This document shows positions 19,601-30,400 of a stretch of 64,000 nt of DNA, piece by piece. Location of the stretch: positions 1-64,000 of the IMG/VR virus record IMGVR_UViG_3300008339_000021. One strand, 5' to 3'. The position numbers and the translations under genes were made by a program. The notes under the pieces are model-generated. The model saw only the letters and a list, made by a program, of their open reading frames with translations. It was not told where the DNA came from and made no database searches. The DNA is from a virus. The number at the start of each line of letters is the position of its first letter. The first letter of the stretch is position 1.

Positions 19601-22600
19601 TATAGGTTTAACAAGATAAGTTCCGTTAGGAGTTGTAAGAGATACAAAATTTTCTGGTAATTCAAGAATACTTCTTATGTCATTGATCAGTGCATTCTCA
19701 AGACCAGCCTTTTGCATAGCATACATCTGCTGCTTAGTCATATCATATTTTGCTGGATCTTTGAGTGCATTATAGAATTCCTCTGCATTTTCAAACATTG
19801 TCTGTTTAACATTGCCATCAGAATCAATGTTATTCATGAATATAGATAACTTATCAATATCAAAGTCAGCTCCTGATTTAGCAACTATTTCTGCTGGAGG
19901 AATGATAATATTACCAGCTTCTGCTGGAAGGAAGTGATATACTTCCATAAATTCCATAGAGTTCAAACCCTGTACTGGAATCCTAACTCCAACCATAGTT
20001 ATTGCTTTTCTGTTATTTTTATCATTTGCATCTAACCATTCATCATCTTTGATAGCTTCATTAAGTCTATCAATAGTTCCTATTGGTTCACCTTTGTATT
20101 CTAGATTTAATAAACTCTCATAATCACCTTGAAGAGATATGGCAACTTTCATTGCTGTAGTTTTACCATCAGCTCCTCTATGATATGTAGGTAAAAAGTT
20201 AGAGCCCATATATTTTTTAACTGCAGTTTCCCGTGCAGCAGGACTCATCTTATCTAAATCAATTGGCAACTCAAATAAACCATCATAGAAAGCAGATGAT
20301 TTCTGTACTAATGGTTCTCCCTTAACTTTTTGTTTAATTATTCTTTTATTGATCAATGACAATAAAAGTTTTTCAATCTTCACAGCCTCTGGGTGTAGAG
20401 ATAAGTCAAATCTTAAATCTCCCTCATCAGTTACATCAATGATGTCTATTAGATTGTCACTATATACATCATCTCTTGTAAGAGTATCCCGAATCATTTT
20501 TGCAAGCTTTGCAATACTGTCTTTATTTACTGGAATAAATTCTCCACTTTCAGTTTCTTCAAACCCTAGTTCATCAACTAATTCATTTTTAAGTAACTCA
20601 GTATACTCAGATACCCTGTTTACATAGTTTTCAATTAGCTTAGTATGTTTTTTTATGGTTATTTGACCATTTTCATACATTCCTTCTAATACTAACTTTC
20701 TTAACTGAGTTGAGAATATTGATTTTTGTTTATACTTTGAGTTTACTTCAGTTTGATTTTTAAGGTATTCTGCAAAAATTACATTCTTGGTTAATGTAAC
20801 TGAGGTATCTATATTTCCATTTTTGTCCACAATGTTATCACCTGAACCAAAATGTCCTACCTTTTCACCAGATTCCATTAATACATAATCAATACCTTGT
20901 TTCATCATCATGTCATGAATCTGACCCAATCTAGTATTGGCAGTATGCACTGTAGGAATCAATGGAGCTAATGAAAATTTATGAAAAGATGTTAATGGTA
21001 ATCCAGAAACTTTAATGTTACCATAGTACTGTAATTTATATGGTGGAAAGTATTCTCTAATTTCAGAAGCTGTAATTGTTTCATTATTTACAATTCTTTT
21101 ATATAAGTTTTCCTGTTGAGTAGTCCAGTTACCTTCTAGATTTTTTAACATCTTATATGCTTCAAATCCTATCCAACCTTGACCATCAGCAATTTTCATA
21201 TCACTGTAGTCTTTAAGAACTATTGTTGCAAGTTCTTTTGCAAGTCTTTCTGCTTCAGCTTTAGATTTACCAGCTTTTAAATACCTTTGTGTATAATCTT
21301 TAACGTGAGCATCATAGTATTCTGACTTATATTTAGATTCCCCTATCTCTTCTTCTTTTATAATAGCTGTGTTAAGTGTACCATCATATGGTCTAAATTC
21401 ATAATTATATTTTTCAGCATAAAGTCTTTCATACATAGGGCTGTTGATATACATCCTTGCTCTATAATCTGCACGGAATCCTCTACCACCAGAACCTAAA
21501 CCAGCATTTCTCTTATGGAACTCTTCTTTGTCATGGTTATACTGTACTGTATCTCCATATGCCAAAATGGTTGTTTCAAAGTTATGTATCCAATAGTTAT
21601 AGGTGTATGCTTTAACTAGCATTTTATCTACTTGATCTTTACTAAGTTCTTCAGAAGATACCATATCATATAAACTTTGGTCTATATATCTAGCATCTTC
21701 TAATCTACTGTAGTTTTGTTGTGTTTGAGCATTAAAATATTGAATGACATCATTTTTAATTTTTCTTCTTAATTCAGGATTCTCATTAACAATATCTTTA
21801 AGATTAAAATCTTCAGGATTAAAATAACCAGTCTCTAATGCATCTTCCATAGTTTTATCTATCAATGCATATAGATCACCTTGTACTTCAGCAGATAAGA
21901 CATCATCAAATGCTGTAAATGCTTCACCGGCTTTTACAGTTTGACCATTATCTTTTCTTACTACATTTCTATTATAGGCTGAAAATTTTCCAAAGTATTC
22001 TTTATTTGATTTGAATCTGTAAATCCTACCAGCTTCTGCTGCAATGTAACCAAGTAACACATTAAATGCTTCTGACTCTCCTAGATTATTATTTGCTGTA
22101 GTATTACTTGGACTAAATGCCATGATATCTACATAAAGATTGGTGAGTTTTTTGCTTGAATAAGTATTTACTTTCTTAGCTCTTAAGTTCATTGCTGTTT
22201 GCTTAGAAGCATGTCTCATGAACTCCACAACACCTGATTGTAGCATTGTATGCATTTCCTGTAAGAACTTACTTGTTACATCTGTATTTGCAGTTGATGT
22301 TCCAGTAGTTTCATTATTCTCTCTATCAATAATTTGAGTACCTCCAATATTTTCTAATAACAATTCAGCACCTGGAAACTTTTCACCATAGTTTGGTGAC
22401 ATTGGATTTAAATCAAAAATAGAATTTAATACTACAGAAAATGCTGAAGAAGGATTATTCTCTTCAGACAACCATCTCATGTGTTGGAATCTACCATTTG
22501 GATCAGCTTCTTTCATAGTAAGCTGTTGCCAAGAAGAAGCTTTATTTATTGAAGTTACAATTCTTGTTACTGTATTATCTAAGAACTGTTCCCATACTCT

Positions 22601-25600
22601 ATTCTTTTCAGGAGTTAATACACTGTAGTTTGAGTATCCATCTGAAAATCTATTTTGTAATTGTGCAAGTGTTGTAATTTTAGATCTAACATCTCTTGCT
22701 TTTCCTCCAGCAGCATCAACTATTGCTTTTGGCATTTCATTCATCAAATAATATAGAGGCTGTCTTTTAAAATCCTCTGCTGCAGCCATTAGTCCAATAT
22801 CATTGGACTTACTAGCTAAGTATACTAATCTTACATTATCATATATAAAATCAATATTGTATCTAGAAGCAAATGGTTTTTCTTTATTTCTAACAACATT
22901 TCTAATATCAGCACTTGTCATATCTAATTGGATACCAAGAGCTGCAAGAAACTCACCTGCTTTGTTAGGATTAAGCTTTTTGTCTAATGTAAATTCTTTA
23001 ATAACCTCATTAACATTTAAGTAATTGTTTCCACCATCCTTTTCAATAAATCTGTTGGTAACAGAATCAGCAACATTAAAGTTTGTTGTCCAATCATTAA
23101 TGATTCTATAAATATCAAAGTTAGCTGCAGCAAGTCTAGCTTCATAGATTGATTTCTCTGGTATTCTTTTACCATCAATTTGTTTAGCTTTCTCTATAAC
23201 AGTTTTATTTATATTTAATTGAATAAATGGAATAACCGGCTTCTTAAGATCTTGCCAGAAATTAGTTTCTGATTTAAACTCTGTGTTATTATTATAAGCT
23301 AAAGGTCCAAATTGATATGGGTTTGGTAATATTTCAAGAACTTGAATAAACTCAGGATAATTTTCAATTGAGTTTTTCATTCTATCATACATATCAAGAA
23401 AATCCATAGAGCCCTGTAAAGTTCTTGCTAATCTAGCCCACATTACATCTACTGGTTCTAGCATTGGAAGACCAAAGTCATCTGTTTTTACAGAGTAGGT
23501 TTTAACTCCATTTTCATTTTCTTCAATTAAATAATCCCCATTCTCATCTCTATTAAGTTGGTAGATTCCAGAAAGCATCATCATTGTATCATCAGTTGCT
23601 AACTGTTTAGCAGAAATAGAATTACCTTCTTCTGTTTTAAATAAAGCTACTGTAGCATCTTCTGTATCATCATTATAGGCATCTTTCAAAATATTAAATC
23701 TTGATCTTTGCATGTGAAATGCAACTACACCTTTATCTGTTTTTTTACTTAATGCCTCATCAACAACACCATAATTTTCCACTGCTTTCATCAAAAGATC
23801 AAGCTTTGCCATCTCTTTTTGTTCAGCTACAAAATCAGGATTTTTATTTGTGGGGTCTGCATTTGCAATAGCAATACTTTGTGCAACTTCTATTTGATTA
23901 TCAAGTAAAACATTTAACTGTTTTTCTATATTACTATAAAGTTTTTGTCTATTAGTTATATCACTTAAAAGTCTTACTGCTCCACTTGTTGTACCGTATG
24001 TAGTATTATATTTATAGAAGGTTCTAGCCATTAATGAATCCATAAGATCCACAATCTTATTAGACTGAACATCAGTAATTTCAGTAAAGTCTTTGCCAGT
24101 ACTTGTGATTGGTTGTATTGTTTTCTTTGCACTATTCAATCTTTGAAAACCAGGCATTAAGTTATGCTCAGCATTTTCAGTATCAACTGTAAAGTTTCCG
24201 GTATAAAGATTATTATAATATTCTTTTACCATTGGTATATCATACAATCTTGTTACATCTCTCTTAGTTGTTTTACCAAAGAAGAAATCAATAATCTTTT
24301 TGATTTTATTAAATATGGTCTGAATAATACCAGATTGTTTTTTACCATTTACAGCATAGTCAATAAAGTCTTCAGCTAAATCTTCTTCAATTTCTATAAA
24401 TTCTTTATTGGCCCATTTATCAAATGTTCTAATATGGTTATATAATGCTGTCTTTTCTTCTATTGTTAGAACCAACTGAGAGAATGCATGCCATGCTTCG
24501 TGATATAAAGTAATTGGTTGGGCATCTCCATATAGTTCTATTCTTGCTGCAAATCCTTCTTCTCTAAGTTTATTTGCTGCATCAGATAAAAGAGATCCTG
24601 CAGAAAGAAATGTACCATATGCTGAAGAGTTAAATACAAGAGCCAGTCTTTCAACATCTACAACACCTTTTAAAGGGGACTTATCAAACCATGCATTTAC
24701 ATCTTCCCAAGCTCTAGCACTTCCATAGAGTTGATTCATAACAGAAGCAGCTCTTTTATTTCTATCCATACCTGGAAGATCAGGTATTAAATCAGTACCA
24801 TTTAGTAAATCATCTATAGAAATTTTATTAATTTTTCTATCTTGAACTTTTTGTTGCTCTACTGTTTTAGCTGGTATAGTTGGTTTAGCAGGGACAACAG
24901 TTGATGTATCCACTGGTTGAGTAACTTTATTTGCAGCTTTCTTATAAGTTTTAGTTGACTTGCTAAGAAATCTAGATAGAAAATCTGCTTTAGTATTCTT
25001 AGTTGATTTTGAACCTGAAGCTAAATATGGAGCTTGAGTTCTTAATGCATAACCTGTAAATGCTCTAATCTTAACTGGTATACCTAATTTTTTTGCTGCT
25101 TTGATTGAAGCTTCAGCAATACCGGTTTGACCATTACTAATGATCTTAGATATTGGATAATCCTTTACAACCTCTTTTAAGATATTATAAATATACTTAT
25201 CTATTTCTGCTTGAGTGTAACCATCTTTAGCAAGCTGTGCAATATCATTACCAACAATATTTACAACATTACCTTTCATTTTAGAAAGGTTACTTACCAT
25301 TAAATCAATAGCATTTTGTGGAGGAATTAAATTTTTTGGAGCTTCACTTTTAGAACCAATTTTTAATCCATACCATTTGTTTACTGCACCAGCTCTTTGT
25401 TGTACTAATTTTTCATCAGGAGTAGTAAACTTTGTTCCTAATCCAAATACTACATCTGCTTCATTTATATTTGCTACAAGAGTTTTATCATTTGGAAGAG
25501 TAGATTGTTTAGTTTCTATTGTAAACTTTACTCCTTCTTCTTCCTCTTCTTCAACTTCTTCTTTTTTAACTTCATCTTGAGTACCATTATCTACATCATC

Positions 25601-27490
25601 AGAAGTTAAATTACTTTCTTTTGGTATACCTATATCAATCTGTTCATCCATTGGAGTTTCTAAATCTATAGGGACAGCAAATTCTAAATAAGCATTGACT
25701 CCAGCAAAATAACCAACATCACCTATTGTATAATCTACTTTAGCAAGAGGCTTAATAAAACCAAAATAATCTTTTTGTACTTCTTTTATTATTTCTATGC
25801 CATCTTTATTTTGATTGATTTCATAGTCAGTAAATCTTACACCTTTTTGTATTGCACCATCCTCTGCAAATGATTTCATGTAACTCATACTAGCAGGATA
25901 ACTAATTTGAGTTCCATCATTTTTAGTTATAACTTTTACTTTTTTAAGATGATTGCTAATTATACTTGCCGCATCATCTTTTTCTAAATCAACAACAGTT
26001 GATTCTCCAGTTAATGGATCTTTTATAGTTACAGAAAGTTGATTAACACCTAATACTTCATTTATTTCAACATTAATATTATTTGTCTCAACTCTATTAG
26101 ATAAAAAAGTATTGTAGTATTCCAGCTTTGCTTGTGGACTTAATGGTTCTCCATTTAATAATCCTTTAGTTGCTAGTATTTTACCTAGGTTGTCTGCAAG
26201 AGATTCTGGCATGTCCATTTTTTGCAAATAAATTTGACTATTAACAGCAACACCAGCACTGAATTTGTTTACCATGAAAAAACTATAACCCTCTTTTACA
26301 CCAGAGTCATAAGTATAGATCATAGACAAATCATCAGCAAAATTTGTATTAGATATTAATTCAGATTTACGTTCTACAATACCAAAGCTTCCACCTGTAA
26401 TAGGTAATAAGACAGGTTCAGTACTTGTACTAAGTCTATCATTTAGCCTTAGTAGATCATTCATTTTTTGTTTTTGTGTATTCTTTATTTTATTTAGGAT
26501 ATCTTGTCTCTCTTGTTCACCATACAAGTTACCTTCTGCAATACCTTCTTTAATTTCTCTTGCAGCTAATGTCTCAGCAGGTATTAATGTATATAAGAAA
26601 CCAGATCTATTTCCTAAATATAATTTGCCACCTTGATTAACAACTGGTCTAATGTACTGGTATACAATTCTACCACCTGTTTCTACAATATTACTATTCT
26701 CATCAAATCTAATTGGATTACCTTTTGCATCAGAGATGATGGCAATATTAATATCATAAGTTCTATTCTTACTTAAGAAAGTCTTATCATAGTTAGTTAA
26801 ATCATCAGGATTCAAATCTCTAATGTTCTGAGCTCTAAGCATGATTGCTTTGTCCCCTAACATTACATTATCATTTATATCCTTTTTCTTAGCTTGTACT
26901 ACTGCAGTTTTAACTACTTCAAAAAATAATTTTTTATCCTGGTCTTCTTGATTTCTTTCCTCCTCCGTCATCTTATCAGGATTTTTTGCAATAGCAACAT
27001 TATCAGATGTTTTATCTGGATAATCTACTTTTGCTTTTTCCTGCACAGCTGACCAATTTGGTTGTGCATTATTATCATTATTTTGTACTACATTCTTAGA
27101 AGTCTTATTGCTCTCTTTAATTTTTTTATCAACGTCTTTCTTTGTTTTTGTAGTAGTTTTTGGAGTAACAAACTTTAATACATTTTTAGGATCTTCAAAT
27201 TCCAATGATAAGTCTTGTAAATAGTCAAAACTTAAACCAGCATCTTGTCTTAAATACTTTTTAATTTCAAGATCATTCTTAACTAAATCTAATATATCAG
27301 GAACAGCTTGTGCATAAAGAAGACCATTTGGTTCATCTTTAAATTCTTCATAGATCTCTCTAATGAATTTATCTAATGCTTTATTATCAAATTTACCTAG
27401 TTTAGGATCATTCATCCTATCAAGTATTTCTCCACGGACTATTGTATATAAAGCACTTATATCATTTTCAGTATAGAGTTGACAAGCCAT
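16673..27490 (-). CDS. Virion-packaged single-chain two-barrel RNA polymerase (crAss-like, phi14:2 gp66-type), 3605 aa
   Basis: Catalytic GADFDIDKL at about 19853-19868, preceded by RIPVQG and ADGQGWI. The N-terminal part carries HEAWH and a SLOG-like SNGQTG segment. Confidence 0.9.
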   Translation of the reverse strand: MACQLYTENDISALYTIVRGEILDRMNDPKLGKFDNKALDKFIREIYEEFKDEPNGLLYAQAVPDILDLVKNDLEIKKYLRQDAGLSFDYLQDLSLEFEDPKNVLKFVTPKTTTKTKKDVDKKIKESNKTSKNVVQNNDNNAQPNWSAVQEKAKVDYPDKTSDNVAIAKNPDKMTEEERNQEDQDKKLFFEVVKTAVVQAKKKDINDNVMLGDKAIMLRAQNIRDLNPDDLTNYDKTFLSKNRTYDINIAIISDAKGNPIRFDENSNIVETGGRIVYQYIRPVVNQGGKLYLGNRSGFLYTLIPAETLAAREIKEGIAEGNLYGEQERQDILNKIKNTQKQKMNDLLRLNDRLSTSTEPVLLPITGGSFGIVERKSELISNTNFADDLSMIYTYDSGVKEGYSFFMVNKFSAGVAVNSQIYLQKMDMPESLADNLGKILATKGLLNGEPLSPQAKLEYYNTFLSNRVETNNINVEINEVLGVNQLSVTIKDPLTGESTVVDLEKDDAASIISNHLKKVKVITKNDGTQISYPASMSYMKSFAEDGAIQKGVRFTDYEINQNKDGIEIIKEVQKDYFGFIKPLAKVDYTIGDVGYFAGVNAYLEFAVPIDLETPMDEQIDIGIPKESNLTSDDVDNGTQDEVKKEEVEEEEEEGVKFTIETKQSTLPNDKTLVANINEADVVFGLGTKFTTPDEKLVQQRAGAVNKWYGLKIGSKSEAPKNLIPPQNAIDLMVSNLSKMKGNVVNIVGNDIAQLAKDGYTQAEIDKYIYNILKEVVKDYPISKIISNGQTGIAEASIKAAKKLGIPVKIRAFTGYALRTQAPYLASGSKSTKNTKADFLSRFLSKSTKTYKKAANKVTQPVDTSTVVPAKPTIPAKTVEQQKVQDRKINKISIDDLLNGTDLIPDLPGMDRNKRAASVMNQLYGSARAWEDVNAWFDKSPLKGVVDVERLALVFNSSAYGTFLSAGSLLSDAANKLREEGFAARIELYGDAQPITLYHEAWHAFSQLVLTIEEKTALYNHIRTFDKWANKEFIEIEEDLAEDFIDYAVNGKKQSGIIQTIFNKIKKIIDFFFGKTTKRDVTRLYDIPMVKEYYNNLYTGNFTVDTENAEHNLMPGFQRLNSAKKTIQPITSTGKDFTEITDVQSNKIVDLMDSLMARTFYKYNTTYGTTSGAVRLLSDITNRQKLYSNIEKQLNVLLDNQIEVAQSIAIANADPTNKNPDFVAEQKEMAKLDLLMKAVENYGVVDEALSKKTDKGVVAFHMQRSRFNILKDAYNDDTEDATVALFKTEEGNSISAKQLATDDTMMMLSGIYQLNRDENGDYLIEENENGVKTYSVKTDDFGLPMLEPVDVMWARLARTLQGSMDFLDMYDRMKNSIENYPEFIQVLEILPNPYQFGPLAYNNNTEFKSETNFWQDLKKPVIPFIQLNINKTVIEKAKQIDGKRIPEKSIYEARLAAANFDIYRIINDWTTNFNVADSVTNRFIEKDGGNNYLNVNEVIKEFTLDKKLNPNKAGEFLAALGIQLDMTSADIRNVVRNKEKPFASRYNIDFIYDNVRLVYLASKSNDIGLMAAAEDFKRQPLYYLMNEMPKAIVDAAGGKARDVRSKITTLAQLQNRFSDGYSNYSVLTPEKNRVWEQFLDNTVTRIVTSINKASSWQQLTMKEADPNGRFQHMRWLSEENNPSSAFSVVLNSIFDLNPMSPNYGEKFPGAELLLENIGGTQIIDRENNETTGTSTANTDVTSKFLQEMHTMLQSGVVEFMRHASKQTAMNLRAKKVNTYSSKKLTNLYVDIMAFSPSNTTANNNLGESEAFNVLLGYIAAEAGRIYRFKSNKEYFGKFSAYNRNVVRKDNGQTVKAGEAFTAFDDVLSAEVQGDLYALIDKTMEDALETGYFNPEDFNLKDIVNENPELRRKIKNDVIQYFNAQTQQNYSRLEDARYIDQSLYDMVSSEELSKDQVDKMLVKAYTYNYWIHNFETTILAYGDTVQYNHDKEEFHKRNAGLGSGGRGFRADYRARMYINSPMYERLYAEKYNYEFRPYDGTLNTAIIKEEEIGESKYKSEYYDAHVKDYTQRYLKAGKSKAEAERLAKELATIVLKDYSDMKIADGQGWIGFEAYKMLKNLEGNWTTQQENLYKRIVNNETITASEIREYFPPYKLQYYGNIKVSGLPLTSFHKFSLAPLIPTVHTANTRLGQIHDMMMKQGIDYVLMESGEKVGHFGSGDNIVDKNGNIDTSVTLTKNVIFAEYLKNQTEVNSKYKQKSIFSTQLRKLVLEGMYENGQITIKKHTKLIENYVNRVSEYTELLKNELVDELGFEETESGEFIPVNKDSIAKLAKMIRDTLTRDDVYSDNLIDIIDVTDEGDLRFDLSLHPEAVKIEKLLLSLINKRIIKQKVKGEPLVQKSSAFYDGLFELPIDLDKMSPAARETAVKKYMGSNFLPTYHRGADGKTTAMKVAISLQGDYESLLNLEYKGEPIGTIDRLNEAIKDDEWLDANDKNNRKAITMVGVRIPVQGLNSMEFMEVYHFLPAEAGNIIIPPAEIVAKSGADFDIDKLSIFMNNIDSDGNVKQTMFENAEEFYNALKDPAKYDMTKQQMYAMQKAGLENALINDIRSILELPENFVSLTTPNGTYLVKPIADRLAQSVMDYSPLQNMMTKDKDGNLVPNLSAPDKSGKQKEVISPTRIFEVGYNLYKHESNVVGKKTLGLGAIENTFNVIFNSLGATMPPVYKHSDEEMNRISFLGLRHHTTKKNGQDVISLSNQYDVDGVNKIADVISQLINGWVDVEKDAWIFFVQGNYEVAPILLYLLKTGVPVEEAVYFVSQPLVRDYVKEKRLAQSTFAEPLRRDPGYLGVSFKAASNVISKNFKNFLADDQVRYTVGKNMMDEYFKNRSEDNKHFTKEEMLNLITESKNNPEKASSDLSRTMFLHYLTIEKQIEGITALKMASNPDTALNTDVGQAIQAESNIEALALNTKIDQDLRLGMINDSIISSFFNSKLVKGLAKPLFKFRYDEDIQDYIQSYVSDFKNAEILKAAFGYNYRDIFPVVFRNDILSYLFQNTLRKYSLGKEYSSYALSDNIKITPAAGLKFGARVVDTAGGPTMVVDRVQIEKEFFDKSYLRGSEAKNSYEDRGLYALEPGHFGSNVASNKEEYIRFVVEREYLRHVMPFDEVVKTQEFKKELENVKKTSVRGVETENRRYTYEKIIASRALDNTLNPYHLFNDKENAYAVRLERLKTQYRTELFDNYPVLSRIVIDTNQSKTMFNLYIDDKDMTSFKSNLYSRNFEELSNRAVKKVEDKDENDRISDFFAKITYIAMLQSGTNKSKYNFLSLTDFDKFIDVMNDETAKFLESPVKLKMLVDFKNKFEQVNSKTNRDKYRFKNYLTGLDVQKSIDTQYVLSKIPDSETITAEDIENAERLVERKNLIPTISANVFVYNDLSGSEKAYQYIVDNNQDITFIYQLSLAQKEAYEKMTPEEFNKRKLKGQVLLKKIANSSSVGIVTGLDKVSDAFSTLDKKYYDNRIADIELAIAEINQVIEKGGKVAFSINGYGDPALMPKELFVYLSRRLFEEFQYLNPGSEFAKEVSSEVAKYQPVTDAEILAKFEGENNPLNCM

Positions 27491-27492
27491 TT

Positions 27493-30400
27493 CTATTTTG
27501 GTTTACAATTATTAATATTATCATCTTTACTCTTATTCTTCAATGCGGCAAGTCTATCTTTTTTAGACATGCTGGCTGCATTTTGTTTTGCCTTTTCAAT
27601 TAGTTCAGGATTGTCAGCAAAATCTTTAAGACTGCTTTTTGAAATTTCAGAGTTTTCTTTTTCTTCTGGTGTAGGTTCCATAATTTCTTCTTCTACTTTT
27701 AATGCTTCTTCAGTAGTTTTAGTAAACCCTGCTTTTATCTGAGTTTCAGTAAATGTTTTTTTCTTAGGTTTTCCATTTTTTACATTTTCAACCTGATTGA
27801 TTACAATCTTACCGTCACCTTTAGATTTAACAACAACTACCTCATTTTCTGTAATTCCAAAGATAGGTTTTTTGCTAATAAGATAGTCACCTTCAGCAAT
27901 GTTTTCCTCAGATGTGCTTAGCTTTAATGAATTCTTTCTAATCTGGTATACATTTTCTACAAGGTCTGCAAACTGTATATCTGTTTCTGCTGTAATAGCA
28001 ACTATGGCATCAGTATAAGCTGTTTCTAAATCTTCAAGTTTCTCAGCAGATTTGATTCTGTCAAGTATATTTTTGAATTCTTCAGAAGTTAATGATACAA
28101 GTTCTGGGAATACATTATCTACAAAGTTTCTTTTTAATGCATCAAGTTCATCTTCAATTGGATCTTTTGTTGGTGTTGATGCCTTTTTTAAAGCAGCTAG
28201 TTGTCTATCAAATTCAGCATTGATTTTATCAAAATCATCTTTAGATTTTCTGTATACATTTTTTAAATCTTTTATTTTTAACTCAAGTTTTTCTAAATCC
28301 TTAAAAGGTTTGATATCTCGAACAGGGACAGCTCCTAAAAAATCTAATTTATCATATACCCTACTTTTAGCTTTATTAAAAAACCAATCATCACTTTCTG
28401 TTTTTCCTTTTTCAAAATTTTCTGTTAATTCTGGACTTTGATATAACCTACTATTTCTTTCAGAATCTGCAATTTGTTTAAACCTATTATTATACTCTTT
28501 TTCTAATTCTTCAATTTTATCAAATCCTTCTTTAATTTCATTTTTTATTTCTTCTATTGAAAATGGTGTAGTATCAAATATTGTTTTAAATCTTTTTTCT
28601 AATTCTTTTAGTCTTCTTTTTTCTATATCAGCTTCCTCAGCTTTTATATCTTTAGGTGCTTTTTCAAGTTTTGCCAACTCAGTTTCTAACTGTTTTTTCT
28701 TAGCAAGTAGTTGTTCATATTGAGGAGAAGTAGCTACCATATCACCAACAGAGATCATACCTCCATTAGGAATATCAGCTAACTTTTTATTTACTTCAGC
28801 TATTTTCTTTTTTAGTTTTTTAACTTCAGTTGACTTTTGTTCTTCTGTAAGTTGTGGCTCCTTTGTTTCTTGTCCAACATTTTCTGGTTTAAGATTGTCA
28901 GGAAGATTAGGAAGCTTCATTACCACACCATACTCAGCTAGTTTTGCATCATCAATTGGTTCTAAAGGAACTGTTTTTGCACGTTCTAATTCTTCTACTT
29001 TATTTTCTAATTCTTTTATTTTATTAGCATCTGGCTTGCTTGATTTTTCTATTGATAGTATAGTATTTTTTAAATCTCTAATAACTGGACCATTAACAAC
29101 TTTAGCTGCTGACTCTGCAGAAAGAATATTACCATCCATATCTGTAGTAATTGATATAGGAAGAATAGAAATACTTTTTGCTAACTCACCTGTCATATTA
29201 TATAAGAGAGCTCTATAGATAGACTGTTGTATTCTATATGTAAGTTTTTTATTGAACTTACTGTCATCATTAAAGTTGGTCCAGTTTTCTGGTTTACCAG
29301 TTTTAATATCAATAATTTTAAGATCTCCCGTCTCAGTATCAAATGCTACTAAGTCCATTGCACCTACTAAACCTGAGTCAAGTAAAGTAGGATCATATAT
29401 TATTACATCATCAGATAAGATTTTATATTTACCATCTATTACTGAGTCTTGTAATTCAGTTATAATACCATACTCCCCAAACAAATTGTCATAAGCTTGT
29501 TGTGACATCTTAGCTGGCTTTTCTGGTTTTATAAATCCTCCATCTTTATCAGTTCTAAATGCAACTCTAGTCATGTTGTCTATTGTGTTTCCAGCAATAG
29601 TTGATTCATCATTAGCAACATCTTTTACAACTGCAATTAATGTAGCTTCAGTAAAATTATTAGTTAAAGCATTTCTAATAATGTCAAGCTTTCTTTGACT
29701 TTTTAACTGAGCAAGTTTACCATCTTTTACAGTATATTCAAGAAATGACATGAATCTATTAAGTCTTTCAGCATCTGATTCTATGTCAGTATCATTTACA
29801 AGATCTCTAAATGGTATTAGCAATTGACCACCTTTTTGGACTTTGCCTTCCATATAAGGTTCCTTAATTGCTTCATACAAATAAGGATCTTTATTGGTCA
29901 TTTTATTTTCTATCTCTTCAGTAAGTTTAGTAACCCTCATAGGTTTACCATCTACACCTGGAAACTCATAACCAACTGTATTGCCTTCAGCATCTAGAAT
30001 TCTTGAGACACCGTTTTGTTTATTTTTTACCATCTCTTCAAAAATTCTGAAGACACGGTTTGTATTATCTTTTGGTTTATATATTGATCTTAGATAAGTT
30101 AAATATTTTTGTAATTCAGAAATATCATTTTTAATAGCATTTCTATCATTATTAGTAAGAGTATCACCATTATCATACTTGTTTCTATCATACATGCTCT
30201 GCAGCTTATCTCTCATAACTCTTAATTGAGTAAGCCCATATTCTGTAATTGATTTAGTAAGTGGTAGATACTTTATTTTAGGTAAAGCTGATTCTTCATC
30301 AATTGGTCTTTCATTGTATGCCTTAATAATATCTTTTTGTTCTGGTCTTTCAAGCCAGTTGTTTCTTATTAATTCATATCTAGTTGGGTCAATTCTTCTG

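Noticed and set aside
5489-27490. Introns or inteins in PolB or the RNAP
   Set aside because: The frames are continuous, and I saw no intein splice-junction motifs, LAGLIDADG motifs or HNH endonuclease motifs.
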